DNA from: an uncultured Chloroflexia bacterium
GTDB taxonomy: Bacteria; Chloroflexota; Chloroflexia; QHBQ01; JADMIH01
DNA: 64,000 nucleotides
Direction of reading: 5' to 3'
Assembly: GCA_963797095.1 (NCBI GenBank)
Contig: CAWCNY010000003.1
Span: forward strand, 928,001-992,000
Every line of letters starts with the position of its first letter. The first letter of the stretch is position 1. The notes beneath the pieces are model-generated. The model worked only from the letters and a program-made list of their open reading frames with translations, was not told the DNA's origin and made no database searches. The position numbers and the translations under genes are program-made. Shown here piece by piece: positions 42,311-51,634 of the stretch.

Positions 42311-42877
42311 TCAGACGCCTTTCTCGGTGAGTAGGATTATGTGGAGGGCTTTCGGCCCTTGCACGCCGATGGTCAGCACGCGCTCGATGTCGGCGGTGCG
42401 GCTTGGGCCAGTGACCATCGACACGTAGCGGTGGCCCTCTTCGGTCAGGTTGGACAGGATCGCGGCTGCTTCATCGAGACTGGGAACCAGGGAGGACTCG
42501 GGAACGAGCACGACGCAGATATCGGCAAGCATGGTGAGCAGGCGCGGCGCGAGGCCGTTATCGGCCATTATGAGGGAGCCTGTTTCAGCTATGCCAGCGC
42601 GGGCGTGCGCTATACCGACCCCGCCAGCCAGGGCGGCGGCAAGCTCCGATCTACCCGGTTCATCCATATCTTCGACTATTGATACCCGCTTGCCCGATGC
42701 TTCCAGGGCAGCGAGCAAAAGGGGAAACTGCTCTGCTACAGCCCGCGTACAGCGGACGACGCCATCGGTTGTTCCCGCGATGAGCGTGGCGGCATCCGAT
42801 TCATTATTGACGACGGACACCTGCGCGCCTGCCGCGCGGGCGTAGCGCTCGAATGGCTCCAGGAGATCGTCAAGCAT
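42311..42877 (-). CDS. lutC: Lactate utilisation protein C (LUD domain)
   Basis: GIAETGS, TGPSRTADIE..L.IGVQGP. Confidence 0.88.
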   Translation of the reverse strand: MLDDLLEPFERYARAAGAQVSVVNNESDAATLIAGTTDGVVRCTRAVAEQFPLLLAALEASGKRVSIVEDMDEPGRSELAAALAGGVGIAHARAGIAETGSLIMADNGLAPRLLTMLADICVVLVPESSLVPSLDEAAAILSNLTEEGHRYVSMVTGPSRTADIERVLTIGVQGPKALHIILLTEKGV

Positions 42878-44372
42878 GATGGCCGATCCTTCCTTGCATC
42901 AATGCGAGCAGCCGAGCGAAAGCGGAGTCCCAGGCTGAATTGGTGTGGGGTTGATAGGTCGTTTGGGCGAAGGAAGCAGCGACGATGCGGCGACCTGCTT
43001 CGATGCCGGGGAGGTGGCCCGTCGCCACTGCCTGAACCAGCACGTTACCCAGCGCGGTGGCCTCTATCGGCCCTGCCACCACAGGCCTGCCACATGCGCC
43101 GGCGGTCCACCGGCAGAGTAGAGCGTTCTGGCTGCCACCGCCAACCACGAGTATTGTATCGAGTGGGTGACCTACAAGATCTTCGAGGTTTGTGAGTACC
43201 CAGCGGTATTTGAGCGCGAGGCTTTCGAGGCAGCAGCGCACTACCTCTCCGGGGGTTGTGGGTGCGGGTTGGTTTGTGAGGGCGCAGTATGCCTGGATGG
43301 CGGATTGCATATCGGGTGGGTTTAGGAAGTCGGGCGCGTCGGGGTTCACGATGCTCGCCAGGGGTGGGGTTTGTTCGGCCAGCCCTATTAATTCGGGCCA
43401 GGTGAAGTTGAGACCCTGGTTTTGCCAGCCGCGCCGGCATTCCTGTAGCAGCCAAAGGCCACCAACGTTTTTGAGGAAGCGGATGGTGTTGGCAACACCG
43501 CCCTCGTTGGTGAAGTTGAGAGCGCAGGCTTGCGCGCTCAGTATGGGCTGCGGCGTTTCGATGCCGACCAGGCTCCAGGTGCCGCTGCTTATGTAGGCGC
43601 TCCGCACGTCAAGGCCGGGGATGGCGGCGACCGCACTGGCTGTGTCGTGGGTGGCGATGGCTATTACAGGGACGTTTCCGCGCAAGCCCAGTTCCTCGCG
43701 GAGTGAGGGCAGCATGTCGCCTAGGATGGTGCCTGGGGCGACGATTGGAGGCAGGATGCCGGTGGGCACGCCTAGCCCGGCCAGTAGACCGGTGGCCCAA
43801 CGCTTCTCGCGCGCGTCGAAGAACTGGGTGGTGGTGGCGTTGGTGTACTCGGCGACAGCGCGGCCTGTGAGCCGGTAGTGGAACAGGTCGGGGATCATCA
43901 GGAGGGTACGAGCCGCAGCGAGGTGGGGGTCATGAGTGTGGGCCATGCTCGCCAGTTGATACAGGGTGTTGATTGGCAGACGCTGGATGCCGGTCTGCGC
44001 GTAGAGTTGTTCCTGGGAGATTACAGCATCAACTAGCTCGGGTATGCCTTCTGTGCGGCTGTCGCGGTAATGGTAGGGATAGCCCAGGAGGTGGCCTTGC
44101 GCGTCGAGCAGGGCGAAATCTACCGCCCAGGAGTCGATGCCGATCCCGGCGAGCGGCTCGTCGTACTGAGTGGCGTACCTGGCGATGCCCGCTTTGATCT
44201 CCCGCCAAAGAGCATCCACATCCCAATGGAGGTGCCCATCTATCTCGACGGGTCCATTAGGGAAGCGGCGTAGCTCCTCCATGTGGAAGCGCCGCCCATC
44301 GAGGCGGCAGGCTATCACGCGTCCGCTGGACGCGCCGAGGTCTATGGCTAAGAAGGTGGCCGAATCGGTCAT
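42870..44372 (-). CDS. rhaB: Rhamnulokinase
   Basis: AIDLGASSGR, HYRDSRT, NTLYQL, HDTASA, SSGTWSL, NEGG, EATALGN; lies in the rha operon. Confidence 0.93.
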   Translation of the reverse strand: MTDSATFLAIDLGASSGRVIACRLDGRRFHMEELRRFPNGPVEIDGHLHWDVDALWREIKAGIARYATQYDEPLAGIGIDSWAVDFALLDAQGHLLGYPYHYRDSRTEGIPELVDAVISQEQLYAQTGIQRLPINTLYQLASMAHTHDPHLAAARTLLMIPDLFHYRLTGRAVAEYTNATTTQFFDAREKRWATGLLAGLGVPTGILPPIVAPGTILGDMLPSLREELGLRGNVPVIAIATHDTASAVAAIPGLDVRSAYISSGTWSLVGIETPQPILSAQACALNFTNEGGVANTIRFLKNVGGLWLLQECRRGWQNQGLNFTWPELIGLAEQTPPLASIVNPDAPDFLNPPDMQSAIQAYCALTNQPAPTTPGEVVRCCLESLALKYRWVLTNLEDLVGHPLDTILVVGGGSQNALLCRWTAGACGRPVVAGPIEATALGNVLVQAVATGHLPGIEAGRRIVAASFAQTTYQPHTNSAWDSAFARLLALMQGRIGHHA

Positions 44373-45193
44373 ATCAGGGTGGTGCGCACGCCGAAGGCTT
44401 TCACTACTTCGTGCAACTCTTCATCCGTGAGGCCCTCGCCCTTGCCGCCGTTAATCAGGTCCATGTATTCGTAGCGGGCGGCGGTTTCCGCGTACTCGAT
44501 GCGGTCGGCGGCGCGGGTGACCGAGATATCGGAGCGGGCCATGACGCCGTGCTTGCTCCATAGGACGACGCTGTGGTGGCGAAGGGCTTCGACGTTAGCC
44601 TGCATCAGAGCGGGCGAGCCGGGAAGCAGGTGGGGCAGCACGCCGACGCCCTGCGGAAGTTGTACGATAGTTTCCGGCTCCCAGCGCATGAGGCGGCGGT
44701 TCATTATAGCAGTATCCCGGTATTCCGAGATGTGGCTGAGATAGACGAGGTTGGGGGGTTGGGCGTGGATAAGGGCGTGGAAGTTGGTGCCTGTGGTCTC
44801 TACCTGATCGCTGTGGATGGCGAGGTGAGAGTTGAATTCGCTGGTGACGCGCTCGAAGAGGCGGCGCGGCGCGGTGTAGAGCTGGCCCGTAAGCCCATCT
44901 TCGCTTATGACGATAGCGCCCAGGTTGGCGGCAGGATCGGTGCGGATGTCGCGCAGGCGGCGGCCCGAGCCTGTGACGATCACCACTTTTCCGGCGAGCG
45001 CAGGGGCGGGTTGAGGCAAGTCGATCGGCTGGCTGAGCGGAAAGCGGCGGCGCACCTCGATGGGCCAACCTATGTAGATAGAGATATTGCCCGCCGCGCC
45101 CTCGCTGGCTTCGATGCCGCTGAGACGCTGGCCCGCCTCGCCAATGGTGGCGATCAATTCATCAAGGTCCGGATAGGGTTCCGGTAGGGACAT
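44369..45193 (-). CDS. Class II aldolase, RhaD-like
   Basis: EGAAGNIS, TGSG, TSEFNSH, IHAQP, LPGS, WSKHG. Confidence 0.78.
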   Translation of the reverse strand: MSLPEPYPDLDELIATIGEAGQRLSGIEASEGAAGNISIYIGWPIEVRRRFPLSQPIDLPQPAPALAGKVVIVTGSGRRLRDIRTDPAANLGAIVISEDGLTGQLYTAPRRLFERVTSEFNSHLAIHSDQVETTGTNFHALIHAQPPNLVYLSHISEYRDTAIMNRRLMRWEPETIVQLPQGVGVLPHLLPGSPALMQANVEALRHHSVVLWSKHGVMARSDISVTRAADRIEYAETAARYEYMDLINGGKGEGLTDEELHEVVKAFGVRTTLI

Positions 45194-45209
45194 GAGGTTC
45201 TCCTGGAGG

Positions 45210-45293
45210 GGTAGTCGGTAGTCGGAGGTTCCAAGTTTCTGGTTCCAAGTTTCTGGTTCTTGAATTCTGACTACCGACTACCGGCTATCGGTT
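45210..45293. repeat. Composite 7-nt-phased element (12 heptamers, inverted arms)
   Basis: GGTAGTC x2, GGAGGTT, (CCAAGTT TCTGGTT) x2, CTTGAAT, TCTGACT, ACCGACT, ACCGGCT, ATCGGTT. Confidence 0.92.
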
Positions 45294-47496
45294 ACCTAAG
45301 AAACGCTTCGTGCAGACCGCCGTCTACTGAGATTATCTGGCCTGTGGTCTGGCGTAGGCGGTTGGTTAGTAGGAGGAAGATGGCCTCGGCCTGGTCGGCG
45401 GGTGTGATCGGTTGCTTGAGCAGGGTACGATTGGCGTAGAATTGCGAAAGCTTCTCTGTGAGGACTTCGGTCGATTCGACTTCGCTGTAGTCGATGCCGT
45501 ACTTGGCGAGGGAGGCTATCACGCGGTCGCGGGGGAACATGGCGCTGCCCTGTACGACGGTGGCGGGAGCCACGCCATTTACCCTCACCAAGGGGGCTAG
45601 CTCTATCGCCAGCTCCCGGACGAGGTGGTTGGCTGCTGCCTTGCTGGTATCATACGCAAGGCTGCCTTTCTTGGCTACCACGGCGTTTACCGAGGTGGTC
45701 AGCACGAGGTTGGCGGGGAGGCCCTGCGCTTTGAGGACGTTCGATGCCTCGTCGGCCACCAAGTAGAGTCCGGTGATGTTGATATCGAAAGTGCGCGCCC
45801 ACATCTCGTCGGGGATGCGGCCCGACGTGTCGGGCGACACGAAGATACCGGCGGTTACGGCCACCGCGTCGAGGCCACCGTAGGCCAGGGTTGTCTGTTC
45901 AAGCATGGCGCGGAGGCTTTCGCGGCGGGTTATGTCGGCGTGGAGGCCGATGGCGGGGCCGCAGTTGGAGATACCGCTGCCCGCCACGCCGACACCGAGG
46001 CCGTACTTGTCGGTGATGGCTTTGGCGGCTTCGTGCGCGCCTTCGGTATCGCGGTCCACGCACACTATATGCGCGCCTTCCTTCGCCAGCCTGAGGGCCA
46101 CCTCGCGCCCGATGCCGCTGGCCGCGCCGATCACGGCTATCACCTGCCTTGCAAGCTCCTTCTCGGCAGGCATGCGCTGTAGCTTGGCCTCCTCCAAGAG
46201 CCAGTATTCGATGTCGAAGGCTTCCTGTAGGGGGAGGGCCGTGTACTCGTCCACCGCCTCGGCCCCGCGCATCACTTCGACCGCGCAGTTGTAGAACTCG
46301 GCGGTCACCCGCGATTCGCTCTTGTCTTTGCCCCAGGCGATCATGCCCAGGCCGGGGATCAAGATCACGGTAGGGTTGGGGTCGCGCATGGCAGGCGAGT
46401 TTGAGTGCTTGTGCTTGTTGTAGTATCCGGCGTAGTCCTTCCGGTATTGCTCCAATCCCGCCGCCAGTTTGTTCTTGAGAGCGTCCGTGTCCTCGGTCTG
46501 GGGGTTCCACTCGACGTAGAGCGGCTTGATCTTGGTGCGCAGGAAGTGGTCGGGGCAGGAGGTGCCAAGCTCGGCGAGGCGAGGCGCATCGTGGCTGTTC
46601 ACGAAGCGCAGGATGGCGGGGTCCTCCTGCACGGTGCCGATGAAGCGCCTGTACTGGCTCACCTGCCCGCGCAGCCAGGGGAGGACCTCGGCAAATATCC
46701 GGTGGCGCTTCTCCTCGTCCAGCGATGCGTATTTCCGGCCGCCGAAGGTATTTTCGCCGGGGTCGCGCTCTTCGATGTAGCGGCCCGCGCGCTCGATCAG
46801 GTCAAGGGTTAGCTCGTAGCACTCCTTGTCGTCGTTGGCCCAATTGATCAAGCCGTGCCCGCCCAGGATCACGCCCTTGGCGGGGGGGTGGTCGCGCACG
46901 ATCTGCTCAAGCTTGAGGCCCAGGTCGAAGCCGGGACGCTGCCACTCGGTCCAGATAACTTCGTCGCCGTAGATCTCTCGCGTAAGCTTTTGGGAGTTGC
47001 GGGCCGCCGCGATGGCGATCACGGCGTTGGGGTGCATGTGATCGACGTGGCGGTAGGGGATGAAGCCGTGGAGCGGGGTATCTATAGAGGAGGGGCGGGG
47101 ATTGAGGTTGAAGGTGCAGTGGCTGTACAGGCCGACAATGGCGTCCTCGATGGGCGTTTTGGGGCCGCGATGGGGCGCATGGTGGTAGTGGCTCTGGAGG
47201 GCAAGGAGCTTATCCATGTAGAGAGAGGAGAAGTTCTCGCGCCTGGAGGTGCGAAGGTCGCCGCCTGAGCCTTTGACCCACAGCACATCGACCGCTTCGC
47301 CCGTGAGGGGGTCTTTCTCGATGATTTTGGAGGAGGTGTTGCCCCCGCCCGTGTTAGTGATGCGGCCATCCGCCCCCAGCAGGTTCGACCTGTAGACAAG
47401 GCGCTCGACCGGATCGAGCTTGCTCGCATATTCGTCGTCCCAGCCGTAGTTTACGTGCCTGAACGACGATGCTTCTGTTGATGTTGCTGATGACAT
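45292..47496 (-). CDS. rhaEW: Bifunctional rhamnulose-1-phosphate aldolase / L-lactaldehyde dehydrogenase
   Basis: GGGNTSSK, KGSGGDL, SIDTPLH, DHMHP, SCPDHFLRTK, IEYWLLEEAKL, followed by an SDR domain (GAASGIG, YDTSK). Confidence 0.92.
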   Translation of the reverse strand: MSSATSTEASSFRHVNYGWDDEYASKLDPVERLVYRSNLLGADGRITNTGGGNTSSKIIEKDPLTGEAVDVLWVKGSGGDLRTSRRENFSSLYMDKLLALQSHYHHAPHRGPKTPIEDAIVGLYSHCTFNLNPRPSSIDTPLHGFIPYRHVDHMHPNAVIAIAAARNSQKLTREIYGDEVIWTEWQRPGFDLGLKLEQIVRDHPPAKGVILGGHGLINWANDDKECYELTLDLIERAGRYIEERDPGENTFGGRKYASLDEEKRHRIFAEVLPWLRGQVSQYRRFIGTVQEDPAILRFVNSHDAPRLAELGTSCPDHFLRTKIKPLYVEWNPQTEDTDALKNKLAAGLEQYRKDYAGYYNKHKHSNSPAMRDPNPTVILIPGLGMIAWGKDKSESRVTAEFYNCAVEVMRGAEAVDEYTALPLQEAFDIEYWLLEEAKLQRMPAEKELARQVIAVIGAASGIGREVALRLAKEGAHIVCVDRDTEGAHEAAKAITDKYGLGVGVAGSGISNCGPAIGLHADITRRESLRAMLEQTTLAYGGLDAVAVTAGIFVSPDTSGRIPDEMWARTFDINITGLYLVADEASNVLKAQGLPANLVLTTSVNAVVAKKGSLAYDTSKAAANHLVRELAIELAPLVRVNGVAPATVVQGSAMFPRDRVIASLAKYGIDYSEVESTEVLTEKLSQFYANRTLLKQPITPADQAEAIFLLLTNRLRQTTGQIISVDGGLHEAFLR

Positions 47497-47528
47497 CCCC
47501 TTAGCTCCTTCTCTTGCATTCTCTTGCG

Positions 47529-48809
47529 TTACGCTCGCTTTGATGTGACTTCACTTTCGTACGTCTCTATATCGTTCATAAACGCCATGCCAACGGGCAC
47601 TTCCTCTTGCAGGCAGAAATAGTCCCACACGGCCTGCCAGGGCATACCCTTCATCTCTTCGAGGGCTGCGAGGCGGGCGGTGTAGTTGCCTTCGATTTCA
47701 AACCGGCGCAACCGCTCGGTAGGCTCAAGCAAGGCGACCAGGGCCGCACGCAGCACATTGCGCCCCCCCACCACCCAGGCGGCGATGCGGTTGATACTGG
47801 CGTCGAAGAAGTCGAGACCGATATGCACGCGGTCAAGATGCTTGCCAACGATCACCTCGCGCACGATTGCCTGTGTTTCGTCCGACAGGATGACCACGTG
47901 GTCGCTGTCCCAGCGCACGCCCCGGCTGATGTGGAGCACCACGCCAGGCACGTACATGAGCACCGAGGAGAGTTTGTCGGCCACCGATTCGGTGGGGTGA
48001 AAATGGCCGCTGTCGAGGCACAGCAGGATGCCCTTGCTGACGGCGTATCCGAAGTAGAATTCGTGGGAGCCTACCACGTAGCTCTCCGAGCCAAGCCCGA
48101 ACAGCTTGCTTTCGACCGAGTCGAGGTTGTACTTCGGATCAATTGGCACAGCAAGGCTAGCATCCAACAATTCTTTGAGAAGTTGGCGAGGCTTGGCCCG
48201 ATCTACGGGCGTATCCTTCAAGCCGTCGGGTATCCAGATGTTGGTGACACAGGTTGTGCCGAGTTGTTCGCCAAAATATGCCCCTATATGGCGGCAGGCG
48301 ATGCAGTGCTCGATCCAGAACTGCCGGATGTGGGGGTCGTAGCTTGAGAGGGTGAGGCCGCTATCTGCCAGGGGGTGCGAGAATATGGTGGGGTTGAAAT
48401 CGAGGCCGTGGCCGTTCTTCCTGGCCCAATCCACCCAGCCGGAGAAGTGCTCGGGCTGTAGCTCGTTCCGCTCCACTTTCTTGCCTCCTGTCTCCGCGTA
48501 GGAGGCGTGCAAATTCAGGCGGTGGTTGCCCGGTATAAGGGTGTAGACGCGGTCAAGGTCGCTCCGCAGTTCGTCGGGGGTGCGGGCCTTGCCGGGGTAG
48601 TTGCCTGTGGCGGCAAGCCCGCCTCCGAGGGTGGCGTCGGGCGACTCGAAGCCGCCTACATCGTCGCCTTGCCAGCAGTGTATGCTGAGCGATACCTGCC
48701 TGAGGGCGTTCAGGGCGGCATCCGTATCGACGCCGAGGGCGGCGTAGCGCTCGCGGGCGAGGGAATAGGCGTCCTGTAGCTGTCTGGTTGTGGGGGATGT
48801 GCCGAACAT
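47529..48809 (-). CDS. rhaA: L-rhamnose isomerase
   Basis: [62 protein letters not shown]. Confidence 0.97.
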   Translation of the reverse strand: MFGTSPTTRQLQDAYSLARERYAALGVDTDAALNALRQVSLSIHCWQGDDVGGFESPDATLGGGLAATGNYPGKARTPDELRSDLDRVYTLIPGNHRLNLHASYAETGGKKVERNELQPEHFSGWVDWARKNGHGLDFNPTIFSHPLADSGLTLSSYDPHIRQFWIEHCIACRHIGAYFGEQLGTTCVTNIWIPDGLKDTPVDRAKPRQLLKELLDASLAVPIDPKYNLDSVESKLFGLGSESYVVGSHEFYFGYAVSKGILLCLDSGHFHPTESVADKLSSVLMYVPGVVLHISRGVRWDSDHVVILSDETQAIVREVIVGKHLDRVHIGLDFFDASINRIAAWVVGGRNVLRAALVALLEPTERLRRFEIEGNYTARLAALEEMKGMPWQAVWDYFCLQEEVPVGMAFMNDIETYESEVTSKRA

Positions 48810-48822
48810 CGTGATTCCTTTG

Positions 48823-49146
48823 TCAGTCGAGGTGAAAGATCTCGGTTAGCTCTACGAACATTTCGTCCGGGCGGGCGTTGTTGGGCGACTCGAAGAATGG
48901 GGCCATGAGCTCCTGCCAGCGGGTGTTTACCTCTTGTTCGAGCATGAGGGCCTGCGCCACCTGAAGGCTTTCCGGCGTCTCGAAGTAGCCGAACAACAGC
49001 CCATCGTCACGCATGAAGATGGAGTAGTTGTGCCAACCTGCCTCACGCAGGGCCGCCAGCATCTCAGGCCACACGTGCTCGTGGTGGCGCTTGTATTCCT
49101 CCAGCCGTTCCTGTTTTACTTTGAGGATAAAGGCTATGCGTTTCAT
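48823..49146 (-). CDS. rhaM: L-rhamnose mutarotase
   Basis: EYKRHH..VWPEM, NYSIF, LFGY, RWQ..M, EIFHLD. Start placed at MKRIAF; the longer ORF simply runs through the upstream repeat. Confidence 0.92.
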   Translation of the reverse strand: MKRIAFILKVKQERLEEYKRHHEHVWPEMLAALREAGWHNYSIFMRDDGLLFGYFETPESLQVAQALMLEQEVNTRWQELMAPFFESPNNARPDEMFVELTEIFHLD

Positions 49147-49157
49147 GGTGATGTTTT

Positions 49158-49255
49158 GGTAGTCGGTAGTCGGTAGTCGGTAGTCGGAGGTTCCAAGTTC
49201 CTGGTTCCAAGTTCTTGAATTCTGACTACTGACCACCGACTACCGACTACTGATA
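49158..49255. repeat. Composite 7-nt-phased element (14 heptamers, inverted arms)
   Basis: GGTAGTC x4, GGAGGTT, CCAAGTT, CCTGGTT, CCAAGTT, CTTGAAT, TCTGACT, ACTGACC, ACCGACT x2, ACTGATA. Confidence 0.92.
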
Positions 49256-49256
49256 G

Positions 49257-50297
49257 CTAGAAGTCGAAATTATCAATGTTGGTTGAGTCGAATACGGTGG
49301 GCTTGCCCAGCAGGACTGTGCCGTCCGATTCGATTGTATAGTCACCGAGTTTGCCGGCGGTGAACTTATCGCCGGGGTTGCCCTTGATCTTACCGGTGGC
49401 GATGGCATCGAGGGTGTAGATCGAGAGATAGCCGAGGTCGCCGGGGTTCCAGAGGGCGAAGGCCGGGGCCGCGCCGCTCTTGACGTAGGCGCGCATCTGG
49501 TTGGGAGTGCCAAGCCCGGTCACGATCACCTGGCCGATCTTGTTGCCGTCGGTAACGGCCTTGGCAGCCGCCGCAATACCGACGGTAGTGGGCGAGATGA
49601 TACCTTTGAGGTCAGGATAGGTGGTCATCAGGCCCTGGGCCTCGGTGTAGCTCTTCTCGTCCTGGTCGTCACCGTAGACGGTCGCCACCAGTTCCAGACC
49701 TGAGTATTCGGGCTTGGTCAATTCGTCCTTCATGAAGCCGATCCACTCGTTCTGGTTGGGGGCGGTAGAGGTGGCGCTAAGGATGGCGATCTTACCCTGG
49801 CCGTTGAGCAACTTGGACATAAGCTGGATCTGGCCCCTGCCTATGTCCTCGGATTTGGCCTGGTTGATGTGAACCGTGCGGCCACCTGCTGCGATTGCCG
49901 AGTCCCAGCTAACCACAGGAATCCCGGCGTCGATAGCCTGCTTGCCAACGGGCACCAGCGCGTCGGAGTCGTCAGCCGAGATCGCCAGCCCGCTCACGTT
50001 CTGCGAGATGAGGGAGTTGATAAGCTGGATCTGCTGGGTGGCATCCGCCGTGGATGGACCCTGGTAGGTAACTGTCACGCCAAGCTCCCCGGCGGCTTCC
50101 TGCGCGCCTTTGTTGGCTGTATCGAAGTAGGGGTTGCCCAGGTTCTTGGGCACCAGTACATAGGTCTTGCCGCTGCCGCTGCTCGTGCCTGTGGTGGGGG
50201 CAGCGACGGGGGTGGCTGTCGGTGAGCCGCTGTCGCAGGCGGCGAGCGCGATGCTTACGAGCATCATGAGCGCGAGAATTAGACTCTTCTTCCTCAT
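49257..50297 (-). CDS. Rhamnose ABC transporter substrate-binding lipoprotein
   Basis: Lipobox LAAC, PKNLGNPYF, LSATSTAPNQN.WI, ISPTTVGI, TGLG.P, LWNP.DLGY. ATG at 50297 after AGGAGG. Confidence 0.92.
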   Translation of the reverse strand: MRKKSLILALMMLVSIALAACDSGSPTATPVAAPTTGTSSGSGKTYVLVPKNLGNPYFDTANKGAQEAAGELGVTVTYQGPSTADATQQIQLINSLISQNVSGLAISADDSDALVPVGKQAIDAGIPVVSWDSAIAAGGRTVHINQAKSEDIGRGQIQLMSKLLNGQGKIAILSATSTAPNQNEWIGFMKDELTKPEYSGLELVATVYGDDQDEKSYTEAQGLMTTYPDLKGIISPTTVGIAAAAKAVTDGNKIGQVIVTGLGTPNQMRAYVKSGAAPAFALWNPGDLGYLSIYTLDAIATGKIKGNPGDKFTAGKLGDYTIESDGTVLLGKPTVFDSTNIDNFDF

Positions 50298-50437
50298 CGG
50301 TATTTCCTCCTGTGGTCTGGACATCATAGATTTAGTGTCGTTAGTTTTGCCTTTATCACGCGGGTAACCGGGTAACATGTTTGCAATAGGCTTCCTCCTT
50401 ATTCCGGTGGTAAGAGTATTCAGTTAGGCACAGGTCG

Positions 50438-51499
50438 CTACTGGTTGAGAATCAGGGCGCGCGACCAGAAGAAGAAGAGTCCGAATATGACGAGCACGGC
50501 CAGGGCAAAGCCTGTGCGCACCACGGTATCTCTTCGTAACAGTAGCTTGAACTGTATCCTGCGGCTGATAGTTGGCAACAGGATAGAGAGGATGAGCAGG
50601 GAGCCTATGGCTATATCCTGCACCTGCCCCTGGATATTGAGCAGCCCCATACCGAAGCGGAGTATGCCGACGAGCAGGAGGGCCAGCACAGCGCCGATCA
50701 TGGTGCCGCTACCGCCGAAGATACTGATGCCGCCGAGCACCGTCACTGTAATAACCGTTAGCTCCAGGCCGGTGCCGATATCGGGGCGGGTGCTGCCGAA
50801 GCGGGCGGCGAGAATGAACCCGGCGATGGCTGCCATTACGCTTGAGAGGACGAATATGACGATCTTGATCCGCTCGACAGGCACACCGGAGTAGCGAGCG
50901 GCGGCCTCGTTATTGCCGATGGCGAAGAGATAGCGCCCGAAGGTGGTCTTGTGGAGCACCAACCCGAAGATAAGAGCAAGCACCACGAAGACAAGCAGCG
51001 AGAAGGGCACACGGGTGTCGAAAAGGGTGCCCTGGCCCAGGTAAGTGAACTCGGGAGGGTAGTCGCGGGCGGCCTGGTCGCCAAGGAGGACGTAGGCCAG
51101 CCCCCGGTAGAAGGAGAGGGTGCCGAGCGTCACGGCGAGGGATGGCAGCTTCAGGCGCGCCACCAGCACGCCGTTCACCAGGCCCGCTACCACGCTCACG
51201 AGGAGGGCAACCAGCACCGCCAGCCAGATATTCCAGCCACCCATATAGAGCCAGCCCATCAGGGAGGCGGAGAGGCCGAGCGTGGAGGCGACGGAGAGGT
51301 CGATGTTGCCCGTGACGATGATGTAGACCATCGGCAGCATCATGATCCCGATCTCCATGAAGTCGGAGACGGTGCGAAGCAAGTTGTTGCCGTTCAGGAA
51401 GAATGGCGACAGCGCGCTGTTGAGGATGCTCGCCGCGATAATGAGCAGCACCAGCAGCGATTCCCACCTGACGAATATGCGTTGCAACGTCCTGGTCAT
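50438..51499 (-). CDS. Rhamnose ABC transporter permease (RbsC-like)
   Basis: IDLSV, GRYLFAIGNN..AARYSG, VLGGISIFGGSG. Confidence 0.92.
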   Translation of the reverse strand: MTRTLQRIFVRWESLLVLLIIAASILNSALSPFFLNGNNLLRTVSDFMEIGIMMLPMVYIIVTGNIDLSVASTLGLSASLMGWLYMGGWNIWLAVLVALLVSVVAGLVNGVLVARLKLPSLAVTLGTLSFYRGLAYVLLGDQAARDYPPEFTYLGQGTLFDTRVPFSLLVFVVLALIFGLVLHKTTFGRYLFAIGNNEAAARYSGVPVERIKIVIFVLSSVMAAIAGFILAARFGSTRPDIGTGLELTVITVTVLGGISIFGGSGTMIGAVLALLLVGILRFGMGLLNIQGQVQDIAIGSLLILSILLPTISRRIQFKLLLRRDTVVRTGFALAVLVIFGLFFFWSRALILNQ

Positions 51500-51519
51500 G
51501 TTGTGCCATCCCTAACCAT

Positions 51520-51634
51520 TACTGCGTATTTCGTACTCCGTACTGCGTATTCACTCGTCACCTGTCACCTGTCACCTGTCACCTGTCACCTGTCACCTGT
51601 CACCTGTCACCTGTCACCTGTCACCTGTCACCTG
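51520..51634. repeat. Heptamer arrays: TAYTNCG x4, TCACTCG, then perfect (TCACCTG)11
   Basis: 51558-51634 holds 11 exact copies; the last one contains the TGA stop of the upstream minus-strand permease. Confidence 0.95.

Noticed and set aside
49147-49236. N-terminal extension of rhaM (DYRLPTTDY)
   Set aside because: Read-through of the composite repeat; homology begins at MKRIAF.
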